Shown here: piece by piece, positions 53,854 through 64,000 of the stretch
How the letters are laid out: each line of letters opens with the position of its first letter
Numbering within the stretch: position 1 is the stretch's first letter
NCBI RefSeq assembly: GCF_021869535.1
Contig: NW_026262615.1
Span: forward strand, 6,696,001-6,760,000
Source: Mytilus californianus
Taxonomy: Eukaryota
Length of the DNA stretch: 64,000 nucleotides
Reading direction: 5' to 3'
Notes under the pieces: model-generated
The model's input: the letters and a program-made list of their open reading frames with translations, nothing else
What the model was told of the DNA's origin: nothing
The model's database searches: none
Program-made: the position numbers and the translations under genes

Positions 53854-56800
53854 AACGGTTTCAGATTCAATTTGATAAGTTTCAAAAAAATCGCATGGGT
53901 TTCCTCGGAATCCTGGCTTCGCCTGTGATTGCTGCTGTCAGTATAAAAGTGTTATGTTGACTTTAAAAGTAAGTCCATTTATCAGTAAAATACAGAATTT
54001 AAAAAAAAAAAATCAAACTTATCTTTTAGGTGCTATTATATTTCATTGTGTTCAAGATTAGCTTCTGTACAAGCTTCACTCATTTAAAGAGTGAGTCTCC
54101 TAATTATATCGGGAACATTTGGCTTGTTAGTAGATTTTGTCTTGCTGCTCAATTTTGCTAATTTAAGTCTCTTTCTATCTATTTTGACTTTTATCATACA
54201 AGGCAAAAACGCAAAAAAAAGTGAAAATCATCAACAAAGGACGATAACTCTAATAAGGAGTCGACTGACGATTTCAACCATGCAGACTTACTTGCAGAAC
54301 TTCTCTTTCTGATCGTTTTTGTAATTAAAAGTGTGTCTCTATCTATTATAGTTTTCAAGATAATATGCAAAAATGAACAAAAAAATGGTAAAATGTTTCA
54401 TTTAAGAGCAACAACTTTGATAAGAAGTCGTCTGGCAGTTTTGGAATATATGGACAATTGGTAGAACTCAACATTCTGAACATTTCTGCCTTTGTTAGAT
54501 TTTCTCTATTTATAATGGTTTTCAAAATAATAGCCATGTCGGTTATCCTGGTTGGCAAGTTGGCTCATCAGTTACATTTTTTAAAACTAGATACCCAATG
54601 ATGATTCTGGCTAAGTTTGGTTAAATTTAGCCTAGTTGTTTCAGAGAGGAGAAGCTTTTTGTAAAAGTTAACAGACGACGACGGACGCCAAGTGATGAGA
54701 AAAGCTTACTTGGCCCTTTGGTCAAGGTGAGATAAAAAGGTATATCTATAATTTCCACAAATTGTTAACGAGAAGAGTAAACGCGTGATTTCTAAGTGCA
54801 CGTGCAGGTAAAGATGTAAAATCTAGTAAACGCGCGTTTATATGTAGTTAACTACTGACTAAACTGACACAAAGTAAACGCGCGTTTACCCGAGTAGACA
54901 TTAGAAATTTCCATTTTGACTGCGTTAACGTAATTGTAGTAAACGGGCGTGTACTAGTAAACGCAAAAACAGTAAAATAACAAAAATACCGAACTCCAAG
55001 GGAATTTCAAAACGGAAAGTCCTTTATAAAATGACAAAATCCAAATGTAGTGCATTTGTGTAACGTGTAACAGTTTTAGGACTGTGAAGAATGGACAATT
55101 TTCATTGTCTCTTCCTTTTTCGTGCATGTATGTAGGGATCTGTTCACCTGACCTTTGATTATCTTCGTTGTTTTTAAAATTCCTGGACTGTTGTTGACAT
55201 TAATTATTTAATTAATGCCTAATACTTGTTGTTATATGTTAAGTTTCAATTGTTTTTCACAATTTAAAAACAATGTGTATAGTGTGTTCCTTATTACAAG
55301 TGTGTTCTTTAATTTCTAATTAAAATGTCATGTATAATGCAAACAGACTTCATATTTGTATTTTGATAGATACAGATCAAAGGGTGTATTTATTATCTCA
55401 CTTCAAAATGGTGATTAGTAAAACACAAACTATTTTGCTTTTTACTTTAAAAAGTCTCAACAGACAGTGCATGCTTGCATGTTTATGTAAGGCTCCCCTT
55501 AATTCGAAAATCTCAATTTTCAGGCACAGGCTCATATAAATATGACTTTTGAATAATTGTGATAAATTTGATAAATCAAATGAGTGTTCAGTTGCTTTTA
55601 ATATCTAATATATTATATCTAAGAGCATTTAAAAAGCAAATATTTGCAATATTTAAATTTTTAAAGCCCAAATCTTGATAGTTGAAATTATTGGATTTAA
55701 ACGTCAAAATTAAACATCCAAATTTCAACATGAAAATAGCCATAGTTTCTATGATATATATTCTATAGCCATGAAACTTCGCTAACTATCTGATCAAATA
55801 TAGTCCCTAGTGTGGACAGTGTATAACTTGCAAATTTTGTTCATACACTTTCCAAATTTATTTCTTTATATTTTATGCATGAAATATAACGTAAAGGGAT
55901 GAAATTACATATTAAAAAAATTGGGTGCTGAATCTTTATGTTAAGTAGTGATTTGGTCCAGTTCAAAAAGGTCAAAAACTATTATGTCTGAAGCTGCCTA
56001 ACTGAATTTTAGACTCCCTTAACATAGAATTGTCAATATTTTGAGTTAGAGCTGGTAGACTTTTCTATAATTTTATATAAGATGGCTAATGCTTATACAA
56101 CTGCAAACCAATTTGCATTGGTCTACCACTAAGGCCAGGCTAAAAAATATAAGTTTGCCCTTACCCAACTCGTCAATAAGACACATGTGTAGGTAAGTAG
56201 GTTTCATTTGTTTTTGTAAAGACAAAAAAACCTCCATTAAATCTTTCTACTCTTCCTGTCATATAAGCGAACTTCAGACACATAGTGTGTCCTTTTGATA
56301 TGAAATTACTGGTATATTATTTAGAGCTTTTTCATTTCTCATCATCAAAATAGCTTAGGCAGGTAGTCCAAAATTATGTACTGAAATAGGGTTTGAAACG
56401 AGACAAAATATCTTTTATTGTTATTACAAAACACTATTGCTAGAGTAGGGATTTTGCAGTTAAAGCTTGGTAATAATAATTTTCAAGATGCATTACTTTA
56501 ATATGATCAAATATAAAACGTTACTTGTTAATAAATATATGAATATATTTATATTCAAATTCTTTGGCAATAGTTATTATGACCAATCTGCTATCATCAG
56601 GGTCCAACTGTCCATTTTATGTTATAGTCTTTAACCTTTATCTATTAAGCATGTCTCCTTGACTTATATGTTTGCTATAAGCAAATAGTAGTGCAACATT
56701 GAAACCTTATACATATTTCATGTCAAACTGTAATAAATTCCAGTGTTATATGGTATAGTTTTGTTTGTATGCCCCTGTTGTAGCGGAGGGGGCATTAAGT

Positions 56801-57159
56801 GTTACCCTTGTCCGTCCCGAAAATTTGTTTCCATTCTCTAACTTTAGTTTGCCTTAACCAAATGTTATAAAACTTATAAACAACGCTTAAATTATTAACA
56901 CAAAACACAGATTTTCGAAAGTTCGAAATTGGGTGGCGTCACTTTTGCCGTTCTTGAGTTATGCCCCTTCATAAGTGGAACAATTGCTAAATCTGTCGTT
57001 TTCGTTCTCTAACTTTAGTTTGCCTCAACTAAATGTTATGAAACGTATACTTTTAATTACAAAACGGTCTTAGTTACTTGAATGCTGCATCTGTATGTGG
57101 AAGTTGATATATACATATTTTCAAGCCTGGGGCATCTGTGGCCCATAGACACATTTAGT

Positions 57160-57375
57160 CAGGGGTACTGCTTGTACAAGAATTTTTTATTTAGTTGAAG
57201 AAGTAAATAATAATATGCTTGTATAAGTAAATTTGTTATATTCATATTTTTCTTATAAAGTCTGAATAATCTCCCCTTGCTTTTCTCAAAAACAAAAAAT
57301 ACTTGTATTGTAATTTTGTTTTATAATCCCGAAAATTCTCAAGTTTAAAAATAACCTGTACAAGTAGTACCCCTG
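57160..57375. mobile_element. MITE with 21-bp TIRs
   Basis: CAGGGGTACTGCTTGTACAAG versus right-end reverse complement CAGGGGTACTACTTGTACAGG (19/21); no clear TSD. Confidence 0.65.
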
Positions 57376-57644
57376 ACAGAAATTCCCCATTTATTTGTAT
57401 TTTATATATATGGGTTATATTCTAAGTTATTAAAGCTAAAGGAATATTTTCTTTTTCCTTTTTATTTTCTATGCTGCAATAATTATGTATTGCAGGTCAA
57501 TTGATAAAGAATCACTAATATTATCATTTATTTCAACATTATCATAACTTGTATCTAATAATTTCCATTTGAACATTATTTAGATTATGTATTAATGTTT
57601 TGGTTACTTGTTTCTTATCTACTGTATTGCGTCCCATTTCATGA

Positions 57645-58030
57645 ATCCAATGTTCTCACCCTAAGGGATTTTGTAGGCAAGTCCAGGGACATTTTTAGTC
57701 ACGATGAGTCCAGGGACTCTCCATTTTTGGTCACGATGAGTCCAGGGACTAACAATGTTTGCCATGAAGCATCCAACAGTGGAAAGACAATAAATATCAA
57801 TGCCTTAATTTATGATCTAATTCTTTATTACAAAATAAAGTAAGAAAATCAAATCAAAATAGCATTATTTTTCATACTTTCATTTGACTTTTGCTTTGAA
57901 ATAATGATAAATAGATTCAGCTGGTACAATCTTGATGCATCTTTGGACTCTTATTTAGTTTAGAAAGTTGTGAGTCCTATCAGATTTTCATGATTCTAGG
58001 ACTCATGGACTCGTCTTAATAAGAACCCTG
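57645..58030. mobile_element. MITE family rich in GAGTCC/GGACTC, ending AGAACCCTG; related pieces at ~7560-7660 and ~50480-50790
   Basis: Shared GAGTCCATGAGTCCTAGA / GGACTCAC motifs and GTGAGAACC(C/A)TG ends between copies. Confidence 0.5.
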
Positions 58031-59559
58031 AAATCCTCGAAATGCATACTGTGACAGCTGTTATGATGCAGACATAGAAAAGAATTTGTCTTGTTAATGT
58101 TGATAGTTAGTCCATTTTGCCTGACAAACTTAAACCAGACTGTATCAGTATATTAACTGCAAAATAACCTAAGTCTTTTTATCAGTAAAATACGGAAAAT
58201 GAAAAAAAATATTTTCATTATTTTGCTCTGGATACTGCAATTTGGTCATAAACAAGCTTTTGTCCATATTTATAAAATTTCATAAAGTTTTGACAAAGAT
58301 ATTGACTAATGACTGAAAACTTTTGCCGCAAACTGTAATAGAAATCTTTTTTTATCAGAAAAATACGGGACAAAATATATTCATGATATTCAAAATTTTG
58401 CTCTGGATATTGTGTTTTGGTTATGAATAAGCCTCTATATAATGATGGAAAATTGTATACTGGAAAATGAAAGTAAAATAAAGTATATAAACTAACATAA
58501 ATAAATGAATCAATAAATAAAATTGAATTATATTGCATTGCTAAAGTTTTGAAACAAAATAGGTGACGTAAGATTAAGTAATAAATAGTTTCGTCTTTTT
58601 GGTAATAATATAGTTAATCTCATTTCTAGAGTTCTTTTGATCATAGCTATTAATGTGACGTTGAGAAATAAATTAAATAAACTTTCATCTTTTCAAAGAA
58701 TTAAAATGTATATACTTTGCCGTAGGAAAAGAATACTTAAGTGTTTCTATTTTTTTTTAATTTAGGCCAATGATCTAAATCAGTATTGCAGTATTTGAAG
58801 ATTTTATATTAAATGGCATTATACAAATTCAAATCGAAATATTCATTATTTGCCAGAAAGGAAAGAAAAAAAAAACCAAAAAAGCAAACAAAAAGCGAAA
58901 AAGCAAAACAGCAAAAAATCAAAAACAAAAGTTAGAAAAATTGAAATAAGTGGGATGTTAACTGTTTGCGGTACTCTAAACTAAGATTTGTAACGTGTAA
59001 CAATTACTACATATAGAATAGATGAATTAACAAAAGGCCATCTTAGTACATATTGGCTAAACCATGACTCAAGATTTAGAGGTGTATAAAGTATTTTAGA
59101 ACAGAATTAAACAATTTTAGTACAGATGTTAATTCACGGTGAGATAAATAAAAAATTAAACTAAACAAGACGGATGCTATTGCGGTAGAAAAATCATATA
59201 ACGGCTTTCTATACGCTCGCCATCCTCAAATATCTTGTATTTACTTAAAACCCTTAATGTATAGAACTACTATATCGGCCCGGTCATAAAAGAACATACA
59301 AGAAAGTAGTACATATTTCATACAAAATAGTTTCTACGCATATAGCTATAACTTTGTCCATAAGTAAAATATTTTGGTTATGAAAGCCTTTAAAGACTTT
59401 GGATAACTATAGGACCCTTGTTGAAAGCCTCTTTTGAAAATTAAAAAAAAATACATATTTGTATGTTGAATCTTACCAGGAAAAGTAAGAATAATGTAAA
59501 GTTCGACATAAAATTACGGTCACATTATTTGAACATAGGATAATGATTATTATTTTTAA

Positions 59560-60700
59560 TTGACTGGGTAAAAAGGCCGGTGCTATTTCCCATCCGGGCA
59601 TTTTCATGAATAAAAGGACCTGGGACAAGCTTTCAAACCTATTTGGAGTTGGTAAAAACTTTGCCGTTGGGAAATGTACACAAATACGGAAAAGTATTCC
59701 CGTATCGGTAGTTGATAGGTAACTTAGACTTTATGTGGTCAGTGAAGTTTTCAGGTGCGCTTTCCCAAACATGTGTTCTTATGAGTTAAAGATATAGATA
59801 ATAGCTTTCAATCTAACCATCTACGGTTAAGAACTTTGCCTTAGGGAAACGGGAGGATAGCAATTCCTGCCACCAACCCTGTGCTAAAAATTTAGAAATA
59901 TGGTATGATGTTGTGAGCTTCCAGAGCACTTTCCCACCCGGCCATTTTCATGACAAGCTTTCAAACCCACTAGAAGTGGGTAAACTTTGCCGTAAAGAAA
60001 TGTACACAAATACGGAAAAGTGTGCCCATACCCGTAATTGATAGTTAACTTAGACTTTGGGTGGTCAGTGAAGTCTTCAGGTGCACTTTGCCACCCAGGT
60101 ATTCATTTAAGTTGAAGATATATATACTAGCTTTCAATCTAACCACATTTACGTGGTTCAGAAATTTGCCGTAGGGAAACAGGACCATAGCAATTCCTGC
60201 CACCACCCCTGTACTGAAAAATATGAAATTTTGTATTATGTTGTGAGCTTCGGTGCACTTTACCATTCGGGTATTTTCACAAATAAAAGGACCAGGGACA
60301 AGCTTTCAAATCCATTAGGATTTTATAAAAAATTTCCGTTAGGAAATTTATACAAATACGGAAAAGTGTGCCCATACCCGTAATTGAAAGGTAACCAAGA
60401 CTTTAGGTGGTCAGTGAAATCTTCAGGTGCACTTTCCCACACATGTATTCATATGTGTTGAATACATAGTTAATACCTTTCAATCTAACCACATGTACGT
60501 GGTCAAGAACTTTCCCGAAGGGAAACGGGACGATAGCAATTCCTGCCATCACCCCTGTGCTGAAAAATAAGAAATTTTGTATGATTTTGTTTGCTTCAGG
60601 TGCACTTTCCCTTCCGGGCTTTTTCATGAATAAAAGGGCTGGGGACAAGTTTTAGAACACACTAGGAGTGGATAAAAACTTTGCCGTAAAGAATGTAGAC
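59560..60700. repeat. ~345-bp tandem repeat (~3.2 copies) built from four ACTTT(G/C)CC-bearing subunits
   Basis: GACAAG anchors near 59624, 59953, 60297 and 60643; subunit spacings approximately 74, 95, 78 and 100 bp. Confidence 0.85.
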
Positions 60701-63442
60701 ACATAAGAAATTTGTATTATTCGATACAAAATTAAATACATTGAAGCAGTAAGTTCATTAAAAGATTTTTTTTATCAGACTTATGCTTAAAATATAATAC
60801 TTATGGCAGTTACTTTGTTGGCAGAAATTTCTTGTATCAAAAGTGACATGGATTACTTCGAGCTGATAGCTCTTTGAAGGCAATTTCTTCTGTCAGATTT
60901 AAACCTAAAATGGTATATTTAATCTAAGCCGTTAGTTCGTTGGAAGAAATTTCTTCTATCAGACCTATAATTAGATCTAAATTAAAACACATGTAGCTGT
61001 TAGTTCGTTCTGTGAGTAACACAATAAAACTAGGAACTGGTCAGATGTATCTGTATGTCAATTTATCATGAAATCACATGAAATTACTTGACATTTTGGC
61101 ATCAAACAGCATACATGTAGTTTACATTTTCTAATTAAAAATAAACAATGTTCAAAAGAATATATAATTGCATTACCTGTTCTCAGAGACACCCAAAATG
61201 TTAAAGCGTTGAAATACAATATTGTTATGAGGAAGTAAATGTATACATGAACACATGCTGATTAATCAATTTAAGTTATGACAGCTGTATTCAAAAATTG
61301 ATCATTGAAAATATTTACATCATTTGTTGCAAAAATCAACTGAGCATGTCTTTCTACAAGTTTAAAATCACTGTACATGTACAGGTTCATAATGTTCGTA
61401 ATCACAGAGGTTGTTTAACACTTTGAATTTTGTTTGAACTTACGGAATTTTCCACCTGCTATACAATGTAGGGTCCCAAAAGGATTATTTCCTACAATTC
61501 ACATCAGTCAGTTATATTGATGAGGACAATTGCATGTAACGCTTTGTATTATCAATATTATGAATAAAACGAGAGTTGGATTCGGGTCAATAAGACAGCA
61601 ACCCATATTTATATTTATTTAAAATGAAAACAAATTACCACTTTACTTCCAATAAAATTATTTATTTTTGTAATGAATGTCATATTTATTAATTGTTTTT
61701 CATATATTAAATATTCAACCCAGAGCAATGATAAACTTTTGACATTGTAGTTTTGAACCATTTTTCAGCATGTATTATTAACTAGATTTTCATCAATTTT
61801 TAAATGGTGGTAAAGATTAAATGACTGTTTGAAAATAGCTCCAGTACATAAAAACATTCTGGAGTTACATTGTAACCTTACTCTATCTAATATCTTATTC
61901 AATAATATCTAGATGACAATTGCAATATTTGTAAATACAAATGTATATATTTAATTTAATTTACATAATCAAATAAATTGTTCTTGTGCATGAACTGTCC
62001 TACATGTAACTGGTGTCTAATACATTTATTGGTGGATGACAAAATGTACCACATAAACGCCATTACTGCAATTCAACCAATATAGTTATCAAGAAGTTTT
62101 AAAAATGTATTCAAGCTACTATACATGTGAGTAATATGATATACGGGTACGTTATAACTACCATAGATGGATGTCTGTGAATATCATGTACATCATAGAG
62201 CACAACACCCAGTGCCGTGCCTTTGATATTTCACTGTGACTACATGGTACTCAGTGGGTAATATTCTCAGTTCTTTATTTATATGACTTGATTACCAGTA
62301 TATATTAAGATAAAAACAAAATAATTTCAGTTAGTGGTCGAAATAAATGATAACATTATAACAACTGTTTTAAAAGGAAATATTCCAAATTCATATTTTG
62401 CCGAAATTATCACAAGATGTCCTTGAATAGAGAGGCTTGAACCTTACATGAATGTAGTTTTATAGTCTAGCTGATTTGTGCATAGTTTGAGAAGAATTGT
62501 GGGTTTGATGATAAAGCATGAAACTTTGCACAATTGTAGATATATATTTTTTAGTCAATTTTAGCTATGGACCCAGTGGCACTCTGAAAAATCCAATATG
62601 GCGGCCATTTTCAAGATGTCTGTCAATCAGTCCAAATTTTACCACCATGTATGAATTACAGCGAATAGTATTCAAAACCAAATCTTTCAATGCATATCAA
62701 ATGTAATCCAACGTCCCTAGTAAGTCCTAAGGTTATATAAGACTTTTCATTTTTTTTCAAAATGGCGGAAAATTTTAAAATGACCACCAAAAATTGCAAA
62801 TAACCAACACCAAGAGAAGGTTCTACTGATATTTATTTCTTCGATCGTATTGCAGGTTGCGGTTCAAACAATATTCTAGGAATTGCGTTTCCATGATACA
62901 TGGATGCTGCTTACAACACAATTTAATCAAAGATCCCATAAATGGAAACATTCAAACGTTTTTACGCCATCAGCATTTGTTTGACAGTGAAGTACCATCC
63001 GAGTCACAAATGTTAATGGATATGTTCCACTTCTCCTAGCCAAAATCCTTTCTTTTTCCTCGATTGTGGATCAAAATGATCAAAAAATACGCTTAACCAC
63101 CGAATGTCTACTTGCAATAAGTAACAGCACGCGTTCTACCAGTTGACAAGAAACTACACACCCTTCTGGAACACCTCAAGGTTTGATGAAAAGGGACTCA
63201 TGTTGTTTATGCTTTCAATGTTGTGTACATGCATGGAAAACCCTATTTCATTTCAAACGCTCACATTTGGTCAAGTTTTAGATAACATGGTTTTTACATG
63301 ATTCTAATGGTTAGAAAAGAGAAACTAATAAATGAACTATTATGACCTTAGCTGTATTTGGAAAAACTGTTTGGAATGTTAGGTCGTCAATGCTCTTCAA
63401 CTTTGTACTTTATTTGACCTTTTTAACTTTTTTTTATTCGAG

Positions 63443-63484
63443 CGTCACTGATGAGTTTTTTGTAGACGAAACGCGCGTCTGGCG
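63443..63484 (+). ncRNA. Minimal type I hammerhead ribozyme
   Basis: Stem I CGTCA/TGGCG, CTGATGA, stem II GTTT/AGAC with a GU pair, GAAA, palindromic stem III ACGCGCGT, GUC cleavage triplet at 63477-63479. Confidence 0.78.
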
Positions 63485-64000
63485 CAAATACAAAATTTCA
63501 ATCCTGGTATCTATGATGTGTTTATATATATGATTATGCCTAACTACTGGATACGACTCATCAATCTATCTAAACAAGAGCACCTAGGTAGGTGTCACTT
63601 GTGGATCAGGAACTGCTGACCCTTTTTGAGCAACTCAGATCATTCCAGTTTTAAAGTGGGGTTCTACTTGCTTAGTTTTTAGATTTTTGTATAGTAAATT
63701 TCTTGACTGCTGTTTGTCGTTTTTGCGTTTTTTATCCATGTTGTTATCTGGTTTTGTTTTACTAATGATTTTTGAGTGCCCAAGTATCTTTTTCATCTTT
63801 TTTATCGTGTAGACAGCAACATATTTTCACAGCAGTTTGATAAATGTTTCTTAAGGACAGCCAATTTAGTCTTTGTCCCACTCTCCACCACATTTTAAAC
63901 AGCATCGTACATAACATCATTGTCCTCTCGCATGTTTATCTGCCGTGACATCCGTTTCTATCTTTCAACAACATTTTATTAGCCCATTACAATGCTGATA

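Noticed and set aside
60045-60648. Minus-strand ORFs with FPxGKV treated as a functional MORN- or DM9-like gene
   Set aside because: Subunit spacings are mostly not multiples of 3, stops differ between copies and donors are not conserved.
62850-63200. Possible minus-strand protein relic (FDHFDPQSRKKKGFWLGEVEH)
   Set aside because: Many stops and no family I can recognise; needs a translated search.

Overview
AT-rich, repeat-dense eukaryotic DNA with no prokaryotic features. The repeat families look like those of a mytilid mussel (Mytilus-like); this is an inference. The main content is a minus-strand multi-exon gene that the ORF track misses because its exons are short. Its order is: signal peptide plus LRRNT exon (48103-48266), one 72-bp LRR exon (47188-47259), a ~10-kb tandem array of about 30 LRR exon-intron modules (28010-38020), an LRRCT exon (27560-27714), a TSP1 exon (26416-26574) and a probable 26-bp micro-exon. 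I could not resolve its 3' end. Only 7 array modules have an intact AG, 72 bp, an open frame and a GT; about 23 are defective. Modules are arranged in a ~1.85-kb higher-order repeat with roughly one intact exon per unit. The intact exons differ mostly at non-synonymous, concave-face positions while their flanking introns are nearly identical. The architecture resembles jawless-vertebrate variable lymphocyte receptors (VLRs) and suggests a diversifying LRR receptor system. Also present: a Penelope-like RT relic bracketed by direct repeats that each contain a minimal hammerhead ribozyme, two solo hammerheads, a foldback-like element, a Mutator-like element with a PHD-finger relic, MITEs and SINE-like repeats, a possible decayed TLR-like LRR pseudogene (~52.2-53.9 kb) and a nested ~345-bp tandem repeat (~59.6-60.7 kb).
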